Shown one piece after another: positions 7,630 through 14,832 of a DNA stretch of 54,354 nt. Position 1 is the first letter of the stretch; each line of letters begins with the position of its first letter. A program made the position numbers and the translations under genes. The stretch spans positions 1 through 54,354 of the IMG/VR virus record IMGVR_UViG_3300045240_000043; one strand, written 5' to 3'. The notes under the pieces were generated by a model. It did no database searches and was not told the DNA's origin. It worked only from the letters and a program-made list of their open reading frames with translations. The stretch comes from a virus. Lineage: Duplodnaviria > Caudoviricetes.

Positions 7630-8157
7630 TCATACCAGCACCCCTTGCGCTCTCTCACTGCCCATGCTGCTGGTGCCAGGGAACAGGTCCACCATCTCGT
7701 CACCATCCTGGTAGCCAAGCCAGTCGAGCACCGCCCGGCAGACCTTCCCCGGCTTGGCGCCAACGAGGCCCTTGCGGAACGTCACCGGCGCCGACACCCA
7801 ATCCTTCGGGGTGATTCCCTCGCCGCCCTTCTCAGGGACCGGCGGATTGGCGTTCCGGCCACCGCGGTAGATGATCGGCTCCCAGGCGTAGGCCGGGCGC
7901 ACGCCCTTCTTGTAGACGCAGAACGTCTTGACCCACGGGGCGACGCGGGTGTCAGGTGGCGTCATAGGCCAGATGTCACGTAGCGACGGCATGCTCAGCG
8001 ACAGCGCCCACCCATCCGGGTACCGGGCCACGAGATGATCCACCAGCTGGCGGTGGGTGGCAAGGTCGTCCCAGCATCCCCACGGCGCATCATGACGATG
8101 GCCATAGTGCTTCCCGCACATACCGAGGTACGGCGGGTCGGCATAGGCGAAGCGCAC
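7630..8157 (-). CDS. Small DNA amino-methyltransferase-like protein (array gene)
   Basis: FAYADPPY (motif IV) and VDLFPGTSS (motif I); GTG start just after R4. Confidence 0.75.
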   Translation of the reverse strand: MRFAYADPPYLGMCGKHYGHRHDAPWGCWDDLATHRQLVDHLVARYPDGWALSLSMPSLRDIWPMTPPDTRVAPWVKTFCVYKKGVRPAYAWEPIIYRGGRNANPPVPEKGGEGITPKDWVSAPVTFRKGLVGAKPGKVCRAVLDWLGYQDGDEMVDLFPGTSSMGSERAQGVLV

Positions 8158-8159
8158 GT

Positions 8160-8507
8160 TCAGTCCTTCCGTCTGCCGCTTCGGCTGGTAGCGGTATCCA
8201 GGTGCATCACATGGACGAGGGCGTAGTGCCCCCGGTAGCCATCCATCGTCCAGAACGACCGGCTGCATTCGCAGCGGTGACGGTGCGGCCACACGAACAA
8301 CGGGAGCGGGATCGATGGCACCCACTGCCCGCGTGAGTTCTGCGTCTGAGCGGCGGTGGCGCCGAGCGCGTCACCGCGAAGCATGGTGACCGTTTGCAGG
8401 TATGCCTCCCGGTAGGAGATGCCCAGCCCCTTCGCCAAGCCGTGGGCGTGACCTTCGCGCCACCCGTCATCCCAGAGCGTGGGTGTTCCGGTCTCGATGT
8501 CAGCCAT
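8160..8507 (-). CDS. Hypothetical protein with C2H2-like motif (array gene)
   Basis: CECSRSF...YRGHYALVH; reads through R4 (...DTATSRSGRRKD). Confidence 0.7.
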   Translation of the reverse strand: MADIETGTPTLWDDGWREGHAHGLAKGLGISYREAYLQTVTMLRGDALGATAAQTQNSRGQWVPSIPLPLFVWPHRHRCECSRSFWTMDGYRGHYALVHVMHLDTATSRSGRRKD

Positions 8508-8508
8508 C

Positions 8509-8784
8509 TCAGTCCTTCCGCTTCGGCAGGGTAGCGGTATTGCGCAGGCGGTCCAGTGCGGCCTCTATGTCCGGGGGCGACTCGTGATTGTGCGCCGCGT
8601 CCAGGCACCACAGCGGCGGCCCGCCAGCGTCACCTGCCAGACGCTCGGCCAGAAACCTGTCAATCTGCAGGTCGCCCTCATGCGGGCAGCCCGGGTGATG
8701 CAGGTACGGCGCCCGGCCATCGGCGCGGTAGCTGCCGCAGCCGGGGCAGGCGTTCACCCGGTGCGGATTCGGGGACTGTGCCAT
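8509..8784 (-). CDS. Hypothetical Zn-binding protein (array gene)
   Basis: CPGCG...HHPGC; reads through R5 (...NTATLPKRKD). Confidence 0.7.
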   Translation of the reverse strand: MAQSPNPHRVNACPGCGSYRADGRAPYLHHPGCPHEGDLQIDRFLAERLAGDAGGPPLWCLDAAHNHESPPDIEAALDRLRNTATLPKRKD

Positions 8785-8963
8785 CAGTCCTTCCCCTGCC
8801 GCTTAGAAAGCGTAGCGGTACTCTCCAGCGACAGCAGGGCACCTTCTACCGCCTCGTCGGTGATGCCGTCCAGCGCCCGGTAGATGTCCTCTAGCGGGAT
8901 GCCAGATTCCATCGCTGGCCAGTCCCGGCCGGCCACGTAGTAGCCGGTACGCCGATCGGGCAT
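8784..8963 (-). CDS. 59-aa hypothetical protein (array gene, absent from the ORF track)
   Basis: MPDRRTGYYVAGRDWPAMESGIPLEDIYRALDGITDEAVEGALLSLESTATLSKRQGKD*, between R7 and R6. Confidence 0.7.
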   Translation of the reverse strand: MPDRRTGYYVAGRDWPAMESGIPLEDIYRALDGITDEAVEGALLSLESTATLSKRQGKD

Positions 8964-8966
8964 CGG

Positions 8967-9149
8967 TCAGTCCTTCCGCTTAGTTGCGGTAGCGGTATCG
9001 ATTGGGCGCCGGGCGGCCTCGGTCATCGCCCCGAAGGCGCGCCGGTACTTCTCGGCCCAGGCAGCGAGCGGCTCATTCATGGCCTTCATCGCTTCCGCGA
9101 ACTGCACCACCGCCGACAGCTCCGCCTTGTCACTGATGTTGTCGATCAC
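8967..9149 (-). CDS. 60-aa hypothetical protein (array gene)
   Basis: GTGA overlap with the upstream gene; reads through R7 (...DTATATKRKD). Confidence 0.65.
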   Translation of the reverse strand: MIDNISDKAELSAVVQFAEAMKAMNEPLAAWAEKYRRAFGAMTEAARRPIDTATATKRKD

Positions 9150-9427
9150 TGCTTATCCATCTCATACAGGTGCCAGACCAGGCCGTCGGGGCTGCGCGGA
9201 CAGGTGCCGACCCAGCGGGCGTCATCGGGGAGCGGCTGGCCGGTGCCGAACACCTGAAATGCGCGTTTGACCTCCGGTGCTCCCTTGGTGCTCTCAGCCC
9301 AGAACTCGACGACATGACCAAGATTGCCGCTGACGGTGGCAACGGCAACCGGGCTGTGCGACAACCCGAACTCGTGCGGCTGGTCATCGAGGGGGACAAC
9401 GTAACGAAACATGCGCCGGTCATCCAT
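9146..9427 (-). CDS. Conserved small phage protein (first array gene)
   Basis: RMFRYVVPLDD...FQVFGTGQPLP...WVGT...LVWHLYE; strong AAGGAGG RBS after R8. Confidence 0.8.
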   Translation of the reverse strand: MDDRRMFRYVVPLDDQPHEFGLSHSPVAVATVSGNLGHVVEFWAESTKGAPEVKRAFQVFGTGQPLPDDARWVGTCPRSPDGLVWHLYEMDKQ

Positions 9428-9473
9428 CGTTCCTCCTTCTGCCGCTCTTGAACCTAAGCGGTACATACAGGCC

Positions 9474-9502
9474 ACTCTACAGGGGTTCGGAAGGCGTGTC
9501 AC
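9474..9502 (-). promoter_or_regulatory. Sigma70-type promoter heading the array
   Basis: GTGACA (9502-9497), 17 bp, TAGAGT (9479-9474); flanked by two copies of CTGTATGTACCGCT. Confidence 0.7.
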
Positions 9503-9526
9503 GCAAGAGCGGTACATACAGCGGCT

Positions 9527-9997
9527 TTATTCGGCGTACTCAGCCTGGCCTGGGGGACGCCCATACTCGTCAAGCTCGACATCGGGCGTGAACCACTCAG
9601 GATGCCGCTTACGGATGCTCATGTAGCCAATGCGATCCGCATGGAGGGCGCGCGCTCGTGCCGCCTGCAACCTGGCCAGGTCGCTCTCGTCTGGCGCCCG
9701 CGTGCCTTCAATCCACAACCCGGCGTCGCCGTCGCCTGTGTCCTCAGACCACACCAGGCGAGGATCATCAAGGCGCCCCGCCCTCTGCTTCCACAGTGCC
9801 TGGAACTCTGCGAGGGTGTAGAGGCCGTGCGGGATGTGCGACTGGTGACGTATCCGGCCGCCGTGGATGAAAAAGACTGACGTCTGCGTCTCGGGATCGT
9901 AGAGGCCGCTTTCGCTGTTCAGCCACGCGTAGTCACCGTCGCCCCAGTCCCAGCCGGGAACGTCCCACTGCGGCGGCTTGAACTCTGGTTCGCTCAT
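9527..9997 (-). CDS. Hypothetical protein
   Basis: GGGAGG RBS; plausible 156-aa ORF. Confidence 0.7.
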   Translation of the reverse strand: MSEPEFKPPQWDVPGWDWGDGDYAWLNSESGLYDPETQTSVFFIHGGRIRHQSHIPHGLYTLAEFQALWKQRAGRLDDPRLVWSEDTGDGDAGLWIEGTRAPDESDLARLQAARARALHADRIGYMSIRKRHPEWFTPDVELDEYGRPPGQAEYAE

Positions 9998-10282
9998 GAC
10001 GTCAGCCTCCCACTTTCCGCAACCGGGGCGGCGACGGGAGCCACCGTCACTTTTACCGCAGCCAGCCAGCCCGCTGCGCTAGCTCCCGTCCTTACCCGGC
10101 TGTCCGGGCCGCGCGCTACTTGCTATCCTGCCCGCAGGTTGACAGTCTGGAGTCAGCAGGCCGGTGCGACGTGGCGTCGTCTAACAGAACGATCAATAAA
10201 AAGAGGACGCGGCTACGACTTGAAGCGGGAACGCTTCATGGCCCGTATGCGGGGTGGAGAATCGGGATTCCCCGCCGCCACG

Positions 10283-10483
10283 TCACCGCCTGCTGAGCGC
10301 TTCGCGCACTGTGGCGTACATCGCCGGGTGCAGGCGCTTGCGCCGGCTGCGGCCTTCCGCCAGCGCCTTGTTCATGTCCCGCACCGACTGAGCGTAACCG
10401 GGGCTGTTGTGGCTGCGGTAGCCGCCGATACCGTGCTTGCGGCTGCTCAGGTTCCCGCGGCCGGACTGGCTGCTCATGAACAT
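10283..10483 (-). CDS. Small basic hypothetical protein
   Basis: TGATG overlap with the integrase stop. Confidence 0.45.
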   Translation of the reverse strand: MFMSSQSGRGNLSSRKHGIGGYRSHNSPGYAQSVRDMNKALAEGRSRRKRLHPAMYATVREALSRR

Positions 10484-11337
10484 CAGCCTGCCACGATCCG
10501 CAACCGCTCGGGCACCGGCAGCGCGGCCACCGCGGCGTGCGCCGACGGCCGGTCATACGCCGCGTACCCGGCCGTCACCACCGGCGAGGAGTGCCCGAGC
10601 AGATCCTGCGTCAGCCTAAGATCCCTAGTTCCCCGGTAGATTTGCGTGCCATATCTATGACGCAGGGAATGGAGCGTGGCCTGCACTCCGCATTCGTGCA
10701 AGTGGATATTCGCGTAATGGGATATAAGTCCCGGCGTGCACGGCCCAGGCTGGCCGTCCATGCGACGGAACACGTAGCCGCTAGGCGGCAGTCCAGCGCG
10801 TTGGAGTTCCGCGATTACGAATCCGTTAAGCGGCACGGCTCTCTCCCGCGCATGCCCCTTAGTGGCACCGGCGGCGACGATGAGCACCGGCGGGGACGCG
10901 GTTTCGAGTACGGATTCGCGGCGTAGCAGCGCTATCTCCTTGGCGCGCAGCCCGCACCAGGCAGCAAGGATGAGCCAAGGCCGGATACGTGGCGTGGCGA
11001 GCGCGAGCGCTCGCATGAGATCCGGCTCACCGACGGGCCTGGGGAGTCTCCTGGCGGTGCGCGGCACCGGGATGCCTGCGGCCGGGTTAGCGCTGATCAG
11101 GCCGCTGGCCACGCAGGACTCGTAGAACGCGCGGGCGTGGCCGACGTAGTGGACGATCACCTCGTCGCTGACGGTCAGGGAGGCCCGCCACGCGCCCAGC
11201 GTCGCGGCGTCAGCGTCGAGAAGGGGGACGGGGAGAGCGCGGCCGAGCTGCCGCAGGAACGTTAGGCGACCGTAGATGGTCGCGGCCGAATGCCCGAGCA
11301 GGCGCAAATGCTCTAAATGGTCCTCGATCGCTTCCAT
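10483..11337 (-). CDS. int: Tyrosine integrase lacking an arm-binding domain
   Basis: Core-binding region (HLEHLRLLGHSAATI), GLRAKEI, TKG, HSLRHRYGT, LLGHSS, TAGY; directly downstream of the repressor; start uncertain. Confidence 0.9.
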   Translation of the reverse strand: MEAIEDHLEHLRLLGHSAATIYGRLTFLRQLGRALPVPLLDADAATLGAWRASLTVSDEVIVHYVGHARAFYESCVASGLISANPAAGIPVPRTARRLPRPVGEPDLMRALALATPRIRPWLILAAWCGLRAKEIALLRRESVLETASPPVLIVAAGATKGHARERAVPLNGFVIAELQRAGLPPSGYVFRRMDGQPGPCTPGLISHYANIHLHECGVQATLHSLRHRYGTQIYRGTRDLRLTQDLLGHSSPVVTAGYAAYDRPSAHAAVAALPVPERLRIVAG

Positions 11338-11429
11338 GAGGATGCCGGATTCTGTGCGTGCTGCGGGGCACAGTGACGGATCGTAACGCAACGGTATTCG
11401 CATGGCAAGGGCCTTGCATAAACCGCTGG

Positions 11430-11747
11430 TTACGCGGCTAGAATGCACAGCGAACGACGCTGCGGCAGGGTCTGAATAAGCGCGGACCTGGACTTCACAT
11501 CAGGCAGATTCGGCACGAGAACCGGGCCGTCGAAAAAAACAGTGATCGGCACGTCCAGCAACTCGGCTAGCTTCGCCAGGTCGGACACGTCGAACGGGAC
11601 GCCCCCGGTGAGGCGCCGCGACAGGTAGGGCTCGGTCCAGCCGAGTTCGAGGGCTGCGGATCGCCCGGATCTCTGCCGCCGTGCGAGCCAGGCCCTGACT
11701 TCGCCTGCGACAATCCGTTGCATCATCTCCGCGTGCGGGGTATCCAT
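11430..11747 (-). CDS. Immunity repressor (XRE HTH) with ssrA-like C-terminus
   Basis: SGRSAALELGWTEPYLSRRLTG HTH; ends ...LCILAA. Confidence 0.85.
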   Translation of the reverse strand: MDTPHAEMMQRIVAGEVRAWLARRQRSGRSAALELGWTEPYLSRRLTGGVPFDVSDLAKLAELLDVPITVFFDGPVLVPNLPDVKSRSALIQTLPQRRSLCILAA

Positions 11748-11826
11748 GCGGTCAGCGTAAGGTTCCGATACCGGACATTGCAAGTATGACTTGCGCGAAA
11801 TTTCGCTCAGCGGTAACCTGCCACGC
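11748..11826. promoter_or_regulatory. Divergent leaderless promoters for repressor and Cro
   Basis: Plus strand: TTGCGC-17-TAACCT, 7 nt, ATG 11827. Minus strand: TTGCAA-18-TACGCT, 6 nt, ATG 11747. Confidence 0.7.
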
Positions 11827-12036
11827 ATGGCCAGAGAAACTATCGCAGGCGAGGTCCGGGCAGAGCTCGGTCGCCAGAACCTCTCGCAGACCTACGTATG
11901 CGCCCGGCTGAAATGGACCCAGCCCTACCTGTCCCGGCGCCTCACCGGCCAGGTCGCGTTCTCCACCGATGACCTGGAGAAGATCGCGGAGTTCCTCGAC
12001 GTGCCCGTCATCCGGTTCCTGGAGCCGGCGGCATGA
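11827..12036 (+). CDS. Cro-like XRE regulator
   Basis: Divergent from the repressor; LSQTYVCARLKWTQPYLSRRLTG; ends EPAA. Confidence 0.85.
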   Translation: MARETIAGEVRAELGRQNLSQTYVCARLKWTQPYLSRRLTGQVAFSTDDLEKIAEFLDVPVIRFLEPAA

Positions 12037-12476
12037 TGCCGACCCTGCGCGAGCGGCTGCACGCGCGTCTCGCGCCCTGCGCTGATCCCGGCTGTGACTG
12101 CCTGCTATGGGGCGGCCTCCTGAACAACAAGGGCTACGGCCGGATCTACGCTCACGGCCGGGTTCGCGGCGTCCATGAGGTCGCGTGGGAACTGGAGCAT
12201 GACCCGGTCCCCCGCGGCCTTGAGCTAGATCACGTCAAGGCGCGCGGGTGCATGCACGCGAACTGCGCGAACGTCGCGCACCTGGAACCAGTGACGCACC
12301 GGGAGAACCTGCTGCGCGGCGACACGGTCGCTGCCCGGCATGCGGCGACCACCCATTGCCCGGCTGATCACTTGTACGACATGGCGAACACCAGGATCGA
12401 GCGCAGCGGCAAGCGGCACTGCCGGGCATGTGACCGGGACCGTAAGCGCCGGGAGCGCGCCAAAGCCGCGTACTAG
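12033..12476 (+). CDS. HNH endonuclease
   Basis: CLLWGG...GYG...ELDH...CANVAHLEPVTHREN, then THCPADH...HCRAC. Confidence 0.9.
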   Translation: MMPTLRERLHARLAPCADPGCDCLLWGGLLNNKGYGRIYAHGRVRGVHEVAWELEHDPVPRGLELDHVKARGCMHANCANVAHLEPVTHRENLLRGDTVAARHAATTHCPADHLYDMANTRIERSGKRHCRACDRDRKRRERAKAAY

Positions 12477-12559
12477 CCCCCCGCAAAAACGCTGGCCGCC
12501 CCCACGCCAGGGGACGGCCAAGCGGACACCGCACTCAATATAACGCAAAGAGGACACCC

Positions 12560-12757
12560 ATGAAAACCGTCAATCCGCCACCCGAATGGCTGACACCCGC
12601 AGAGGTGGCACGCAAGCTCCGCGTCGAACGGAAAACCGTAAGCCTGTGGGCGGAGAACGGGCGCATCCCGGCCGTTCACGTCATCCGCACGCCCGGCGGT
12701 CACCGGCGTTACCGCGCCTCCTACATCGGGCAGCTCACCAAGGGCGGCCGGTCATGA
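12560..12757 (+). CDS. Excisionase/BldC-like MerR-type HTH protein
   Basis: LTPAEVARKLRVERKTVSLWAENGRI...RTPGGHRRY. Confidence 0.85.
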   Translation: MKTVNPPPEWLTPAEVARKLRVERKTVSLWAENGRIPAVHVIRTPGGHRRYRASYIGQLTKGGRS

Positions 12758-13080
12758 GCGGCGGCAGCTACGGCCGCCAGCAGGCCGAATACCACAAGAA
12801 CAGCCACCCCGGCGGGGACGTGATCCCCATGCACGAGTGCGGCGAGCCGTCGTGCCTTGAGGCCACCGGCCGCGAGCCGCCGCGCAACATCGCCGGCCGC
12901 GACCAGCCGCGCGAAACCGAGGCCGTCACCCACCATGTGCGCTTCTGGGGCAACCTCAACAGTCCCCGTGACGTGTTCGCCGAGTGTGACGCCTGCCACT
13001 GGTCCGCCGGGCTGGAGGGCGGCCACGACGGGCCTGAGCTGATGCGCCTCGTCAGGCAGCACGCCGGGGTGGTCGCGTGA
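12754..13080 (+). CDS. Hypothetical protein
   Basis: ATGA-coupled early gene. Confidence 0.6.
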   Translation: MSGGSYGRQQAEYHKNSHPGGDVIPMHECGEPSCLEATGREPPRNIAGRDQPRETEAVTHHVRFWGNLNSPRDVFAECDACHWSAGLEGGHDGPELMRLVRQHAGVVA

Positions 13081-13137
13081 TCGCCGTCGCGCTGTGCGCC
13101 GTCCTCGCCGCCGTCTGCCTGTCCCTTGGAGCCTCCA

Positions 13138-13512
13138 ATGCCTCTTGAGATGAATCCGGAGATCCGCGCCCGCTGGGTTGCCGCGCTCCGCTCCGGCGAC
13201 TACGCGCAGACCACCGGGAAGCTCCGCAACAACGAGGGCTTCTGCTGCCTGGGAGTCCTGTGCGACCTGGCTGAGCGAGAAGGGCTCATCACCTCGGCGA
13301 TCGACGACTGCGACGAAGGATGCCGCGACTACGGCGACGAGAGATTCGACCTGCCGGGCGTGGTCATCAGGTGGGCATCCCTCAGGTCAAGCCCCGCCAT
13401 CTTCGCGGACATAGACGATACCGGTCCAAGGGATGTGCCCCTGGCGATCCTTAACGACGATTACGGCTGGGACTTCGCCCGCATCGCCGATGCCATCGAG
13501 GGCACGTCATGA
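13138..13512 (+). CDS. Conserved phage hypothetical protein
   Basis: WVAALRSGDYAQ...FCCLGVLC...LNDD...FARIADAIE. Confidence 0.8.
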   Translation: MPLEMNPEIRARWVAALRSGDYAQTTGKLRNNEGFCCLGVLCDLAEREGLITSAIDDCDEGCRDYGDERFDLPGVVIRWASLRSSPAIFADIDDTGPRDVPLAILNDDYGWDFARIADAIEGTS

Positions 13513-13937
13513 GCGTGTTCCGCCGCGGCCGTCACGCGGAAACCGACGCACCAGAATGGACCTCCGAGTACTACGCGGAACTGTCCGCCGACCAGCCCAC
13601 CATCGCCCGCCGCGACGTCGAAGGCGAGCCGCCGTGGGACCTCCTGCCGCCGCCCGTGGACGTCGCCGCCGGCCACAGCGCCACCTGGAACACCACCGGG
13701 CGCGCCCTAGACGTCCCTGGCCCGGCCGGAACGCCAGCACGCTCCGTGACCCCCCCCACCGGGCCAGGGACCCTCCCCCAGCTCGCCACCCCGTTCACCG
13801 AGACCGTCCAGCCGTCGCCCGTGCTCGACCGGGCGCGCCGCGTGCTCACCACCTCGCCCACGTTCCGGTGGGCGCTCCACCACCTGCCGCACGGCGAGCT
13901 AGCGGACCTGTTCGACGAGGAGGCACCCGGTGAGTAA
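13509..13937 (+). CDS. Hypothetical protein
   Basis: ATGA-coupled. Confidence 0.6.
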   Translation: MSVFRRGRHAETDAPEWTSEYYAELSADQPTIARRDVEGEPPWDLLPPPVDVAAGHSATWNTTGRALDVPGPAGTPARSVTPPTGPGTLPQLATPFTETVQPSPVLDRARRVLTTSPTFRWALHHLPHGELADLFDEEAPGE

Positions 13938-14193
13938 CGGCTACAGGTGGCCAGCGGACCGGCTCGCGCCCTGCGGCACCGCTGCGGCGGCCAGGCGTCA
14001 CCAGCGGCGCGGCGAGCCGCTCGACGCGGCGTGCCTGGCCGCCCGGAGACGCGAAAGCGCCATCGACGCATACGCCGCCGCGACCATGTCCGCCGACCAC
14101 CGCGAGCGGCGTAACGGGCTGCCGTTCCGGCCCTACGTCTACCAGGGCACCGGCGCCGACACGCTCACCCCGTGGATGGACGTGGCGTCATGA
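13930..14193 (+). CDS. Small Zn-binding protein
   Basis: PCGTAAAARRHQRRGEPLDAACLAA; paralog of 17545-17754. Confidence 0.7.
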   Translation: MSNGYRWPADRLAPCGTAAAARRHQRRGEPLDAACLAARRRESAIDAYAAATMSADHRERRNGLPFRPYVYQGTGADTLTPWMDVAS

Positions 14194-14402
14194 CGCGGAC
14201 CCGGCTCAAACGGCTCGCCACCAGGCCATGCGCGCCCGCCACGCCACCGCCCGTCCACCTGCCCGGCCTGGACGCCACCGCCCGCGCGTACGCCGCCGCC
14301 ATCACCGAGGCGCCATGGTGCCCCGGCTGCTGGCTCGTGGCGCTGCCCGGCGGTGACGTCATCGTCCCCTGCGGCGAACACGACTGGCTGGAGGACACGT
14401 GA
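14190..14402 (+). CDS. Hypothetical protein
   Basis: Coupled ORF with CPGC...CGEH. Confidence 0.55.
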   Translation: MTRTRLKRLATRPCAPATPPPVHLPGLDATARAYAAAITEAPWCPGCWLVALPGGDVIVPCGEHDWLEDT

Positions 14403-14680
14403 GCCACGACGCGCACGACACGATGCCCGGCTACAACCCGGACCAGATCCTCCACGACGCCTGCACCGAATGCGAAGCCCGCGCCGAGCAACCCGACCAC
14501 GGCCTCAGCCGCCTCGACAGCGGGAACTTCACCCGCGCATGGGAACGCGCCGCAGCATGGCAGAAAAACGGCACCCTCGACATCAGCTACGCGGAGATGG
14601 ACATGCTCCGCACCCTCTGGGCCGTGCAGGTGCAGCTGGAGCAGCGCGGCGTCCCGATCGGCCAGGTGCCCGGATGGTGA
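14399..14680 (+). CDS. Hypothetical protein
   Basis: GTGA-coupled, good codon usage. Confidence 0.65.
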   Translation: MSHDAHDTMPGYNPDQILHDACTECEARAEQPDHGLSRLDSGNFTRAWERAAAWQKNGTLDISYAEMDMLRTLWAVQVQLEQRGVPIGQVPGW

Positions 14681-14832
14681 CCTGCGCCCGCTGCGGAGCC
14701 GACTACGACGACGCCGACCAGGACGTGACCTGGAGCCACACCTACAACGAATGGACCTGCACATACGTCACCGACTGCGACGATCGCCTGTTCGAGCAGC
14801 GCCAGGGAGAAGGACACCCTGATGGGTTCTGA
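14674..14832 (+). CDS. Small Cys-containing protein
   Basis: MVTCARCGADY...WTCTYVTDC. Confidence 0.55.
   Translation: MVTCARCGADYDDADQDVTWSHTYNEWTCTYVTDCDDRLFEQRQGEGHPDGF

Larger units (their letters stand above)
6958..9463 (-). repeat. Eight inverted-repeat sites TACCGCT(A/T)-N6-8-(A/G)A(G/A)CGG(C/A)A at gene junctions
   Basis: R1 6958-6981, R2 7254-7277, R3 7607-7628, R4 8174-8196, R5 8516-8539, R6 8797-8820, R7 8974-8997, R8 9440-9463; all in the same orientation, each followed by an RBS and a start codon. Confidence 0.95.

Noticed and set aside
6958-9463. CRISPR array interpretation of the repeats
   Set aside because: The intervening segments are whole genes of about 150-550 bp, the repeat centre varies, and no cas genes are present.
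6958-9463. Classical integron attC sites or shufflon sfx sites
   Set aside because: No RYYYAAC/GTTRRRY ends and too short for attC. All sites face the same way and separate whole genes, unlike invertible shufflon segments.
9998-10282. attP downstream of the integrase
   Set aside because: Non-coding and partly AT-rich, but I could not identify a core or arm repeats; left unassigned.
11491-11520. dif-like site in the repressor tail (minus strand ...TGATGTGAAGT)
   Set aside because: Only the XerD-like arm resembles dif; the other arm and the spacing fit poorly. It remains at most a weak attP candidate.
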